Positions 41,116-60,081 of a stretch of 64,000 nt of DNA are shown here, piece after piece (the stretch's first letter is position 1; every line of letters begins with the position of its first letter). The notes beneath the pieces are model-generated. The model was not told the origin of the DNA, did not search any database, and saw nothing but the letters and a program-made list of their open reading frames with translations. The DNA lies in NCBI GenBank assembly GCA_002104945.1, contig MCFH01000035.1, positions 1 through 64,000 on the forward strand. Reading direction: 5' to 3'. The DNA is from Piromyces finnis finn (lineage: Eukaryota; Fungi; Neocallimastigomycota). Made by a program: the position numbers and the translations under genes.

Positions 41116-43950
41116 ATGGCTCCAATAATTATTGACACTGGTATTTTCGATAAGCCAATTCTTATCCAAAATGACATTGTTAATCAATCAAGAATTGTAA
41201 AAGAAATTATAATTGAAGAACAAAAGCCAATTATTATTGATACTGGTATTTTCGACAGACCAATTCTTGTTCAACCACAACAAATTGCTCTTGGTGAAAA
41301 CTTAAAGCAAGTTAGTCAAAGAAGCTACGTTGTTCAAGAAGGTGACAACGAAGTTCAAGTTGAAGAAGTTGTTTATGAAGAATATATTGAAGATGATGGT
41401 GTTGAAGGTGAAAAAGTTATAGTTGAAGAAATTGTCGAAGAATATATTGATGAAAACGGAAACGTTATTAGAGAAGTTTCTGAAGTAATTGAAGAAGTTA
41501 TTGAAGAAGAAAAGCCAGTCATCATTGACACTGGTATTTTCGACAGACCAATTCTCATTCAATCTGGTGTTGAACAACCACAACCAAAAGAAGTTGTAGT
41601 CGAAGAACCAGCTGAATGCAGAGCTGACACTGGTTGTTGGTGGTTATTCGCCAAACCACAAACTGCTGAAGTTGTTATTGAAGAACAAAAGCCAATTATT
41701 ATTGACACTGGTATTTTCGACAGACCAATTCTTATTCAATCTGGTGTTGAACAACCACAACCAAGAGAAGTTGTTGTTGCTGAAGAAGAAAAGCCAGTCA
41801 TTATTGACACTGGTATTTTCGACAGACCAATTCTTATTCAATCTGGTGTTGAACAACCACAACCAAGAGAAGTTGTTGTTGCTGAAGAAGAAAAGCCAGT
41901 CATTATTGACACTGGTATTTTCGACAGACCAATTCTTATTCAATCTGGTGTTGAACAACCACAACCAAGAAAAGTTGTTGTTGCTGAAGAAGAAAAGCCA
42001 ATTATTATTGACACCGGTATTTTCGACAGACCAATTCTCATTCAATCTGGTGTTGAACAACCACAACCAAGAGAAGTTGTTGTTGCTGAAGATGAAAAGC
42101 CAATTATTATTGACACTGGTATTTTCGACAGACCAATTCTTATTCAATCTGGTGTTGAACAACCACAACCAAGAGAAGTTGTTGTTGTTGAAGAAGAAAA
42201 GCCAATTATTATTGACACTGGTATTTTCGATAGACCAATTCTCATTCAATCTGGTGTTGAACAACCACAACCAAGAGAAGTTGTTGTAGCTGAAGAAGAA
42301 AAGCCAATTATTATTGACACTGGTATTTTCGATAGACCAATTCTCATTCAATCTGGTGTTGAACAACCACAACCAAGAGAAGTTGTTGTAGCTGAAGAAG
42401 AAAAGCCAATTATTATTGACACTGGTATTTTCGACAGACCAATTCTTATTCAATCTGGTGTTGAACAACCACAACCAAGAGAAGTTGTTGTAGCTGAAGA
42501 AAAAAAGCCAATTATTATTGACACTGGTATTTTCGACAGACCAATTCTTATTCAATCTGGTGTTGAACAACCACAACCAAGAGAAGTTGTTATTGAAGAA
42601 CCAGCTGAATGTAGAGCTGATACTGGTTGCTGGTGGTTATTTGCTAAGCCACAAGTTCAAGATGAACCAGCTGAATGTAGAGCTGACACTGGTTGCTGGT
42701 GGTTATTCGCTAAGCCAGAAACCTCTGAAATTATTGAAGTATCAGAAGCTGAAGCTAAGGAAATTGTTATTCCAGTTTCAGAAGAAAAGGATAATACTGT
42801 TTTAAAGGTTCAATGCAAACTTCCATTAGGATATGAAGCTAAACAATGGGTTCCATATGCTAGCCGTTCCATTGAATGCTACACTAGCTTACCACTTGGT
42901 ATTGATTTCCATACTTCTGAAAGACAATGGGTTCCATATGCTAACCGTTCCATTGAATGCAACACTAGCTTACCACTTGGTATTGATTTCCATACTCCAG
43001 AAAGACAATGGGTTCCATATGCTAACCGTTCCATTGAATGCTACACTAGCTTACCACTTGGTATTGATTTCCATACTCCAGAAAGACAATGGGTTCCATA
43101 TGCTGGTCGTTCACTTGAAGTTTTATGTGCTTTACCACTCGGCTATAACCCAGTTGAAGAAGTAAAGATTACACCAGTTGAAGAGGAAAAGGTTGTTAAG
43201 GAAAGAGTTATTGAAGAAGCTCCAGTTGTAGAAGCTCCAGTTGACAATTCTGAAGTTATTGAACAATTAAAGAAAGAAATTGAAGCTAGAGATCAATTAT
43301 TAAAGAAGAAGGAAGATGAATTAAATGAATTAAAGGATATTGTTGATAAAAAGAATAATGAACTTAAATTACAAAATAATGATTACCAAAATTTAATTAG
43401 ATCAAATGAAGAATTAAACCACCAACTTACACAATTAAATATTATTAACAAGAAGTTACAACAAAGTGTTAATCAAACTAGTGGTTTAATAACACCAAAT
43501 GAAAAGGAAATTGATGAAAAGGAAATTGATGTCGATAATACTTTATTAAATTCAGAATTAGAAAATGTTGCCATTACTAACGAAATTAAATTAAAGAATT
43601 CAGAAGTTGAAAGACTTACTTCTAGAATTGTTGCATTAAACCAACAACTTGCTAGACTTACCTTAAATGTTGATGAAGAACATAAGAAGGATAGAAAAAT
43701 AATTTCAGAATTAAAGTCAAGAATTGATGGTTATTTAGAAAAATTAGTTAAATTAAACGGACAAGTTAGTGCCTTAACTTTACTTGTTGATGAACTTAAG
43801 CGTAATAAGGAATCTGCTACTAGCGAACCATCTGATTCTAATGGCAACAATGCTCTTGCTAAGAAACATCTTTACCTTTCTCCAGAAAGCAGACAAATCA
43901 TTACAAATATTGTTTCTAGAGCTACTCAAAATAAGTGTAGCATTTTATAA
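41116..43950 (+). CDS. Unrecognised 944-aa intronless protein: three internal repeat families, coiled coil and C-terminal CaaX (CSIL)
   Basis: Uninterrupted 2835-nt ORF in very AT-rich DNA with strong codon bias, synonymous variation between repeat units and a heptad-rich C-terminal quarter. Confidence 0.9.
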   Translation: MAPIIIDTGIFDKPILIQNDIVNQSRIVKEIIIEEQKPIIIDTGIFDRPILVQPQQIALGENLKQVSQRSYVVQEGDNEVQVEEVVYEEYIEDDGVEGEKVIVEEIVEEYIDENGNVIREVSEVIEEVIEEEKPVIIDTGIFDRPILIQSGVEQPQPKEVVVEEPAECRADTGCWWLFAKPQTAEVVIEEQKPIIIDTGIFDRPILIQSGVEQPQPREVVVAEEEKPVIIDTGIFDRPILIQSGVEQPQPREVVVAEEEKPVIIDTGIFDRPILIQSGVEQPQPRKVVVAEEEKPIIIDTGIFDRPILIQSGVEQPQPREVVVAEDEKPIIIDTGIFDRPILIQSGVEQPQPREVVVVEEEKPIIIDTGIFDRPILIQSGVEQPQPREVVVAEEEKPIIIDTGIFDRPILIQSGVEQPQPREVVVAEEEKPIIIDTGIFDRPILIQSGVEQPQPREVVVAEEKKPIIIDTGIFDRPILIQSGVEQPQPREVVIEEPAECRADTGCWWLFAKPQVQDEPAECRADTGCWWLFAKPETSEIIEVSEAEAKEIVIPVSEEKDNTVLKVQCKLPLGYEAKQWVPYASRSIECYTSLPLGIDFHTSERQWVPYANRSIECNTSLPLGIDFHTPERQWVPYANRSIECYTSLPLGIDFHTPERQWVPYAGRSLEVLCALPLGYNPVEEVKITPVEEEKVVKERVIEEAPVVEAPVDNSEVIEQLKKEIEARDQLLKKKEDELNELKDIVDKKNNELKLQNNDYQNLIRSNEELNHQLTQLNIINKKLQQSVNQTSGLITPNEKEIDEKEIDVDNTLLNSELENVAITNEIKLKNSEVERLTSRIVALNQQLARLTLNVDEEHKKDRKIISELKSRIDGYLEKLVKLNGQVSALTLLVDELKRNKESATSEPSDSNGNNALAKKHLYLSPESRQIITNIVSRATQNKCSIL
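41680..42600 (+). repeat. Coding tandem array of nine 102-bp (34-aa) units
   Basis: ATTGACACTGGTATTTTCGA recurs at 41701, 41803 and onward with a 102-nt period; unit DTGIFDRPILIQSGVEQPQPREVVVAEEEKPIII. Confidence 0.95.
42810..43150 (+). repeat. Coding tandem array of about four 81-bp (27-aa) units
   Basis: CAATGGGTTCCATATGCT recurs with an 81-nt period; unit QWVPYANRSIECYTSLPLGIDFHTPER. Confidence 0.92.
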
Positions 43951-45314
43951 ACAGCGTTAGTACTTTTATTTATCTTTTTTATTTTCTATCAGTAAATTAT
44001 TTTTAAAACACACAGAAAATAATTTAGAAAAAAATATTTTTAAACGACATCAATCAAACGTAAAAAAATTTCAAAAAAAGGAAAAAACTATTAATATTAT
44101 TAATAATAGCAATAATACAACATCACAATTTTTTTTTATTATTTAATTATTAATCTAGTATTATTTAATAGTATTTTTTTTTTTTTCTTTTTTAACGATA
44201 TTAAAACATTTTAACTTTATACATTAAAATATAAATATTAAAAATATAGATATTAAACATTCATTAATTTATTTAATAATATAATATATAGTATAAAAGT
44301 AGCGTTTAGAATTTATTTATTTTTAAATGTTAATTTTTGTAAAATTTAAAAAAAAATTTTTTACAATAAAAACTTTTAATAATTTAGAAAAAAAAAAATA
44401 TTGTTTTATTTATTTTTTTTTTTAATAATATATATATAATTATTATTATTTATTTAATATATAATATTTTTATTTTAATATATATAATGATTATTTATTT
44501 AAATATTTAAAAGTAAGGAAAAAAAAAGATAGAAAAAAAAAAAAAAAAAGAAATAATTAATATGGAATATATTTTCTATTTTTTATTCTTTTACTTTTTT
44601 TTTTTTTAAAAAAAAAAAGGAATATTATTAAATAATCTTTTTTGTATTGATTGATAATTTAAATAATAATTTTATAAAATTTTTTTAAAAAAAAATAATT
44701 ATCAATAAAGATTATTTTTTAAAAAGTATGTAATTGAAAAAAAAAAAAGAGTAACTAATTATTAAAAAAAAAAAAAAAATAATTTTTTTTTTAAAATGTA
44801 ATAATAACAACAGTAAAAAAAAAAAAAAAAAAAAAAATTGTTATTTAAAACAAACAATAATTAAAAAATTAAATAAAAATGTATTTATAAACCTTTAATA
44901 ATATTAAAAAAAAAAAAAAAAATAGATTTATACATTTTTTATTTTTATTTATATGTATATATTTTTATTATTATTTAATGAATTGTGCCGTTAATTCTAT
45001 ATATTGAGTATTTTTAATGTTAATAATATTATTAGTATTTTTATTTTTATTGTTATTATTATTAGATTAATAAGTTATTGCTTAGATTTACGTTATTTTA
45101 TTTATTTTTTTTATTTATTTAAATTTTAATTTTTATGTTATTTACGTTATATACGTTATATATTAATTATTATTTTTGTTTGATTAATTCCCAAAAAAAG
45201 AATCAACTTTTTTTTTTTTTCACTTTCAAATAGAAAAATTAAATAGTTAGGTGTTATATAGGAAAGAAAAAGAAAATGTTCCATTTCAATTTTTTTTTTT
45301 TTTTTTTTAATGAT

Positions 45315-45428
45315 TTACACACTAACGTTCATTGCTGATCCTCTTAAACCGATAAGTTTAACTTTATTTTCAGAGGTCCATTCAAAACGAACATTTTCAA
45401 TAATGGCATTTAAACTAACAGTATTTTC

Positions 45429-45478
<50 letters not shown>

Positions 45479-48400
45479 AAGATATTAATAGATATTAATA
45501 TAATTTATTACTATTTTTATTTTATTTTATTCTTATTTTATTTTCTCTTATTAAAAATATTTTATTTTACCTGAATTTTCTCCTTTAATTTCAGTACCCA
45601 CAGAATAGGAACGTATACTTTTCATAGGGGCATTATTATTATCACTACTATTAAAGGTTCCTACTAACATACCTAAGAAGCTAGGTGACGGTTGCCATAT
45701 TCTAACTAATGCTTCTTCTAAGGAATATGATGCTATTAATTTACCATCTGGTGAGAAAGAAACAGCTGTAACAGGTTTTTGATGACCCTATATAAATTTA
45801 GTGTTAAAATATATAATTGTGTTTTCATTATTATTTTAAAGATTTTTATATTATTATTATTTTCTAATATTGATTTATAAACTTACTTCTAAAATTTGCC
45901 AACGAGTACCAGTTTTAAGATCATAGATTAAAATTAAACCTTCAATACTACCAATAGCAATACGTTGAGAATTACCATGGAAAGCAATGTTTGGGAATTT
46001 TTTTACTAAATCATGAAGACTTAAAGTAACGGATTGTATCATATTTTCACGCATATTTGGAACGTTTGGATCTAATGATTTTACAACTGCCTCAACTATC
46101 TTAGACAAATATGGATAGATAATTAATGGTTTCTATAGATAAATTATATAAATAGATAAATAGAAATGTATAAATATATATAATTGAAAAGAATAAAAAT
46201 AAATTTTAATGAATCAACGGTTGTTATTATTATTATTATAATATTACCTTATTAATAAAAAGACTAAGAAGCTGTAAACCTGATTGTCTCTCATATATAT
46301 TTTTTGAATGAACTAAATCAAATGTCAAAGTAGTAATAAATAATGGGGTATTATAAGTAGCAATTTGAATAAGTGCTTGACGAGCTGTAAGATTCATTGC
46401 TGAACTAACACTATGGTTACTATTAGTACGAGCACGTGCAGAGTTAGATTGGCTTAAATTGTCTGCTGTAGTGGAATTAGTATGAATGTCATTTTTATTA
46501 CGGAATGATGTACTTCTGTTTTCCATTGAACTAGTACCATTCTTAATAGCACTACTATTATTTGAAGCCATCGTTGCAGATGTACTATTACTAGATAGAT
46601 TTGCTTTTTGAGTAAGTTGACGATTAAGTTGACCTTTAAGGGATTGTGAAACAGAAGGGGTTGAAGTGGTGTTAATGTTAGAAGTTGAATTAGTATTATT
46701 ATTGATAGATGCTTTACTTGAAATGATTGAATTAGTGGGTGAAGTATTAGTAGAATTATTTGTTGAATTGGAACCTAAATTAGCTAAGGACATTATAAGA
46801 CGAATAACAGCAGATCCATTAATATGAGGTTCCCATACTAAAAATCCTTTACCAATTAATTCTACAGCTGCAATTCTATGTTGTAAACTAGTCTTATTTT
46901 CAATAATTAATAGTAAGGCCTTTGATATTTTACTACAGAAACTATTGATTGATAATTTTTATAAAATAGTAGATAATTATTTAAGAAATATAATAATAAT
47001 AATAATTATTATTAAATAATAAATAGTTATTTTTTTTTTTTCTCTACAACTTTTAAATCTTCTTCATTAGTGTTATTATAATTGTATAAAAAGTAAAATA
47101 TTTACTTATAATTAGACTTTAATAATTCATTTTCATCGGCTCCAATAATACCTAAAAGCATCGCTGCTCTTAATGATATTTTGGTTAATGATTTAGGATC
47201 ATCTATTATTACTATTATCACATATTAAAGAATTAAGAATATATTGTTTAAAAAATAAATATAAAATTCTTTTTTTTTTATGTTCTATTAAAAAAATAGT
47301 TTATTAATAAAAATTAATTATTTATCAATTTACAATAGGGTTCCCAGTAATTTAATATTCTATTTAATTCCTTTTCAGTTATTTTACTCAATGTTGATCT
47401 ATAGAGACATCTTGCTGCTTGTTGAATATCATCTATAATAATTATAAGTTTATAAATATATTTTATTAAAAAAATAAATATATTGAGTTTTCATTAAAGA
47501 AATTATTTAAAAATTACTTGTAGAATCAAGCCAATATTTAGTTAAATGTGAAAAGGATGGATAATTATAATCTGGTCCTACTATACTAGATAACATAATT
47601 CCATAATGAGTAATAATTGATACAACATCATCTTCATTACCTAAATATATTATTATTATTTAAATTATTTAATATCCTAATAAAAATAAAAAAAATAAAA
47701 TGCTCGATTTTAATTATATTATTTACCTTTTTCTGCTGAAAATATTGGTACAAAGGATAAAATTTTTATTAATCTTGATGCTGTATATAATGGTGATATT
47801 TTCCAAACTTGGTCATCTGAAGAGAATGGTGCTAATAATGAAAATTGATTTTCTACTCTATAATTCAATTCATATAAAAGCAATGATAATACAATTATTA
47901 TCTTAACGTTTTACTTATTAAACCAAATATATATATTTCTTTAAACCTTACCCTTTAATACCTATTGTAATATTCTTTCTGTTGGGTTTTAGTCCTATTT
48001 TTTTGACACATATATTATCTAATTCTGTATCAATTTCCCATGTTAAAAGAGATGAAAACAAAAGCTGTGTGAATCTTCGATAAAGATTTGATAAAGACTT
48101 TCCATTTGGGTTTCCTATTCCTTTAAAATGACTTGATTTTAACATAAGTGATATTCCTAGTTGTTTGGATGTTTTATTGGATCCATTTTCTGGTGAAGAA
48201 CGTCCACTTCTTATTTTTTTTGGAGATCCAGGTGTACTTGAATAAGCTGAATTAGACATTCGATGGAAATAATTTATTTCATTTATCAGCTGTTTTATAT
48301 TAATATAGAATACAATAACAGGAATTTGTCCTTTTTATTTATTTATTTATTTATATTAATAAATGTAATTAATATAAAATTAATAATTTAAATTCTTATA

Positions 48401-51400
48401 ATGTAAAAAATATATATCAGAAACTTTTTTATTAATTACCATATGGTATAAAATAAACTGGGAAAATTGACAAAATTTGTTTATTGTTTAATTTTGAATA
48501 ATCAGTATTAAATGGGTTAAATCTATTTATAAAATAGTATCACAAAAATTAAAATTAATTTATAGTTTTTTATTAAAATATTTTTATAATATTTACTTAA
48601 TAGTAACATCGCAATTATCTATTATTTGTTCTGAATAATATGGATCAGTTATGATTCTATCAAGATGGTTAGATTTTAACTATATAATAAAAAAAAAAAA
48701 AAAAAAAAAAAGAAATCTTAACATTATTTGAATATATATATTTTTTATTTATATATTGAAATGTTGAGTTAATTTACATGCCAAACGGAAACAGATTTAT
48801 CTATACATTGAACACATATATAATCGCCATCTAATTTCCATGAAAGACGTGAAACTTCTGAATTATGTCCAGTAAAATGGTATATACTATAAAAATAATT
48901 ATTTAATTAATATATGTTTTTAATTATATAATTTAAAAATAGATTAAAAAAAAAAAAAACCATAAATTCATTTTACCATTCCAATTTTTCCAAATTAAAT
49001 ATTGATATAGAATTATCGTCTGAAAATGCTATAACACAATTTTGTAATAAGTCTCCTTCTTTTTCTTTTGGAACTTGAACAAATTGAGCAACTGCTCTGG
49101 TGTATTCATTATATTTGTATAATTGTTTTCCAGTTCTATTATATAATAATATATAAACATTTATTATTATTATTTTAATTATCATAAATTTAATTATAAT
49201 TTTATAAATATTTCATTATGAATTAAAAAATCACAACTATAAGAAGATTAATACTACTAATGTACATACTCTAGATCCCAAATAATTGTTGATGCATCGG
49301 TACTACTACTAAATAATAATAGCTTTCCATTGGAATTAATTTTTTTAGGTACAAATAAAGAAACTACTCTACTAGAATGTCCATTTAATGTAAAAACTTC
49401 ATTTTCAGATTCTGAAAGGGAATTAATGTCATATAAGAATGGATAGTATAATGGCATGACTTTTATCATTCCACTTTCTATTAAAGACATATTTTTATTA
49501 ATATTTAAAATAAGAAAAATTGGAAAAAAATTAGAATATATATATTTTTGATATTAATCGCCATTATTACATAAAAATTTTATATTTATTAAATTATTTA
49601 TTTATATATAAAAATCATTACCATAACCAAATATAATAAAAAGTGATGAAAATGAAGTTACAGCCGTTACTAATGATTTTTTAGGATAATTATCAAATTT
49701 TACATTCCATAATTCTTCCAATTGAGTCTCTTTTATATATAATTTTTAATTATATGATAAAATAAGTTAATTTTTAATATTATAAATATATTTTGATTAT
49801 AGTATTATTTATAATATTTTTTTATTCATCGTGTATAAATTTTGTATTTACCACAAAATGGATTAATAGTTAAAAATACATCCTCAATAGAACTAGTAGG
49901 GGTATTTATTTCGGCTTGAATAGGAAAACTGTCAGTATTATTTGAATTACTGGTATCTATTGATTTTTTTCGATGATAGGTGACATATTTTGATGGATCA
50001 ATGTATGAATAGAATGACCAATAGGAAATACTAGCTGAGTTATTTATATTTTGAACAGATATAATATGAATTGTTGAGTTATTACTTTTCATACATTGAA
50101 CATCCGCTTCATCGAATGGATTATGAGGATTTATTGATGTTGAAAATTCACCAATTAATGTGTAAGGACTTTCAACGTATAATTAAATGAAAATAAATGT
50201 AATATATATGTTAAATTTGGAGAAACATTAGTAAATAACATAACCATAACCTTATATTAAAAAGTATAGTAATTATTACTTATTTGTTTCCATTAATTCA
50301 AGTTCTAAGTTTGATTTTTTTGTTATTATATGACTTTCTGAATTTGAAAACAGTATTACGTTTGAATCATCTACCTCTGATATTTGATTTTCATTTACTT
50401 TACTCAATTCAGATTTTTGACCAATATAATAAACAAATATTTTTGAATCCTTATTATTTTATAAATTTATTAATATTTATTAATATTTGTAATTTTTTGA
50501 TTTTAATTAAATGTATTAAATTTTTATTAATAAATAATTAATAAAGCTTACTGTTGTCCATAAAATAAATGTTTTTGATGACAAAAATTTTCCCTTTTTC
50601 CATATATGGCCTTGTGGTGATACTATTTTTAATATTGGTAATTCGATATTAAGCTTTTTAGAATACATCTAGAAATTTAAAACATTGAATAAAAGGATTT
50701 GAAATTATATAATTAGATTTTTTTTTTTTTTTTTTAATTTATATAATTTAATTTGATATGTATTTTATTAATAGCTAAAATATATTTAAATAAAATAAAT
50801 AGATATTTACAAGACATATATCTCTTGAAAGAACGAAAAAAATATCATTATTATATTCATTGATACAAATTTGAATAGCTTTTGGTATAGTTTGATTATT
50901 ACTTTTTGTTTCTTCATTAATCAAATTAAGTTCTATTTCATCAAATTTAAATATTGACATTTCACCACTTTCATATGTTAAATATAATTCAGAGGTTTCT
51001 AAATAAAGCATTTAAAATTACAATCATTACTATATTTTACTAAAAATAAATACAATGCTACATTAATAATACTTTAATAATTTACCATTTCTTAATTTCA
51101 TTGCAGATATCCAGTCATTATTTATATTAATAATTTGCTTAATCTATTTAATTATTAAATATTTAATTATTTAATTATTAGTTATTGTTAGTATTATTAT
51201 TCCTATTTAACTTTATATATTAAATACCTCTAATGTATCTACTGATAATATATAAATATCACATGAGTAACCAGAACATATTAAATATTTCCTTGATTTC
51301 GTAACCTAATTTTGAAGTGATTTTTTCAAAAGATGTCGATAAATAAGCTAATTAATTTATCTCTGTAAATAAATATATATACACAATTTATTATTAATGT

Positions 51401-52140
51401 TCTGAATAATATTTATTTACTTGTATAGAAGTTATTATTTCATTGAAAAGTTGTTTTTGTTTTAATATGCAATGCCCATCGTTTAAATCCCATGTTATAA
51501 CAGTACTAAATATTTTATTTTATTTTTAATTATTAATTATGTAAATATTTCAAAAAAAAAAAAAAAAAAAAAAAAAAAGAAAAAAAAGTATATATATATA
51601 TATTAATTTTATTTCATCTGAATTAAAAAGAATTTATTCAAATATATAATTTATATAATTTATAATAATTAATCTTTTTTTTTTTTTTTTTTTTTTTTTT
51701 ACCCATCTTCTGATATTGAAATGATAGCATTCTCATCATCATTTGACAATTCTACATTTAATTTTACTAAAGTAAGTGCAGTAACAGTTGTTTCGTGTCC
51801 TAATAAACATAAAGTTGGCATAAACTATTTTATTGATAAGTGATAAGTATATAAAATTATTATTATAAAATGTAATTTCACAAAAATATTCAAAGAATAA
51901 AACAGTAAAACAGTATTAATTATTAAATTTGTATAATATATGTGTTATTATATTAACAAATTTTAATTTTACTTCTTTTTTTCCATTAGACTTATTAATA
52001 ATTTTAAAAATCCAAATCACACCATTTTTAAATGTTACTATTAAATTGTCGAAATTTTTAGTACACAGTGCTTCCACAGCTTTTAACTTATGAAAAGGAT
52101 TCGCATTCCAATATGTGAATGGCGTATTAAGTTGAGACAT
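45315..52140 (-). CDS. WDR7: Large WD40 protein, WDR7/WDR72 (Rabconnectin-3 beta) family, many exons
   Basis: N-terminus P.TYW...H......IVTF.NG.IWIF, LLGHETTVTAL and AIISISEDG. C-terminus ARQALIQIA...LFITTL, KFPNIAFH...RIAIG..G...YDLKTG.R..ILE|GHQKPVTAVSFSPDGK.IASYS. Stop at 45317-45315. Exon structure is not fully resolved. Confidence 0.82.
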
Positions 52141-53462
52141 TCTAAAATTGTACTTTTAATTATTATTTAGAACCATTTAGTGAAATATATGGATGTTAAA
52201 ATAAATAATTTTATTTTATTAACATAAAGAAGAAGAAGAAGAAGAAAAGAAAAAAAGATATTATTGAATTAATAAATGGGATTTCTTTAATTAATTTAAT
52301 TATTAAAAACTTCATTATAATATTTTTTAAAATGTTTTTTTTTTTTTTAATAGTAAAATAATAAAAATAAAATAAATATAATAGTAGTTTTAAAATTATA
52401 GTTCATGTTAATATTAAATTTGATGATATACCTAAATAACTTGTTATTTAATACTTCCAAAGATTATTAATTTATCAATAAAATTATCGGAAATAGTATA
52501 AATATAGTAATATCTTGTTGAATTTAATACCAAAATATAGTGGTCTTTCCTGTATTAACAAAATTTTTTTTTTATTTAAATAGGTATTATTATTATTAAT
52601 TATTATTATTATTATTATTATTTGATATTATATATTTTCTTTAATTTTTGTATTATAATAATTGTTCTTTTCTTCACAAAATGTATATTATTTTATATAT
52701 ATATATTTTTTTATTTATTATTGAATTATTATAGAACCAAATAAAAAACAGAAAAGTTTTTTTTATTGCTATATTATTATTTTTTTTATTCAAATATTTA
52801 TGATATTATTATAAAAATATATTTATTTATTTAAATGGGATTTCAATTATTTTTGACTTTCTATATTTAAAAAATTTCATTGTTTGATGAATGACCTTTT
52901 ATTTCTTTCTCTTTTTATTTTGAATAAACTTATGTACCCTTTACCCTTTAATTTTTATATTACATAAGAAACTTTTATTCAGTAATAATTTTTATATAAA
53001 ACTATTTTAGAATTAGTCTTTTACTTATTTATTAACCTTAATAAATAATGAAATTTCATATTTAACAGAAACAAAATACTATATCTAATCATGTGATATG
53101 TGTGTGATACAGATTGATTTTATGTAGAAATTAACTTTAAATAATAATAATTTAAATTATTATCTATATCAAATTTATCTTTAGTCCTAATATAATATTT
53201 TTTCTATTATAAGAATACTTTCTAATATTAAATATTCTCTTGATTGCATTTGAAAACTAATAAATAAATAAGCTATAATCCAATTATTATAACAGTATTA
53301 TATGGATCATACATTTATAATATCTTTTTTATAAATCATTAACTAATTAAAGTAATTTTAGATTATTTTATTTTATATTTTTATTATTTTATATTTTATT
53401 TTATACTTAAGGTTTTTACTACATATTTTTATATAATTATACTTATTTATTATTTTATTTTA

Positions 53463-53465
<3 letters not shown>

Positions 53466-53538
<73 letters not shown>
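53466..53538. repeat. (ATT)n microsatellite
   Basis: Read directly. Confidence 0.9.
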
Positions 53539-53701
53539 TAAATTATTATTATTAATTTGATCAATTTTTTAACTAAAAAGCATAATAGAATTCTATATTT
53601 TATTTATTCTTTTAAAAAGAAAACAAAAAAAAAAAAAAAAGCAAAATTTTTATTAAAGTATGATAAAAAGAAATAAGATTAAAATGTTATTTATTTTAAG
53701 T

Positions 53702-59344
<5,643 letters not shown>

Positions 59345-59662
59345 TTTTGATTATTATTATTATTTTAAAGCTATTATTATCAATTGTTTAATTCTTCAAT
59401 TTTGAATAATCTTCTAAATTTTATTATTGTTGTTATTACTAAACTGGATTTTAAAATTACAAAAGCAGAATTTTTTAAAGAAAAAAAAAATAAGTTGAAA
59501 TTTGTTATTATATTAATAAAATAAATATTATAGTTACATACTTTAATATAGATATGTTAATTTTAAAAAAATATATAATTATTGATATACAATTTTATAA
59601 ATTTTGAAATGAAATTATAATTTTTAAAATTAAATTTCAAAATCAAAATCTTTATATATAAT

Positions 59663-59711
<49 letters not shown>

Positions 59712-60081
59712 CAAAAATGCTGCTATATTAAAGCATTGATTTTTCACACCAATAATAAGATATTTTTAACATTTTATTTTTCATTTATTTATTTTCTTAT
59801 TTATTTATTCACTTATTTAATATACATTTTTAATTTTTATTCTTATGGCAAATTTTAAATTATGGTAATTTTAAAAACCTAAAATTAATTTACACTACGT
59901 ATTATATAGGTAAAAAGTAGTACCAAACTTTATTACTTATTATTCATATTTAAATAATAATTCATCTCATCTTTATAATTCGGAGAAAAATACATCTTTA
60001 AAAAAAAACAAATAAAAATAAAAATTAGAAGAAAAATAAAATAAATTTTTTTATGATTCTATTATTATAATAAAAAAGAAA

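Noticed and set aside
41680-42600. Regular repeats considered as a CRISPR-like array
   Set aside because: Units are contiguous, in frame and protein-coding with no unique spacers, in a eukaryotic context with no cas genes.
41302-43165. Long antisense and alternate-frame ORFs (41644-42576 minus, 41672-42289 plus and others)
   Set aside because: Shadows created by the periodic coding repeats and codon bias of the 944-aa gene.
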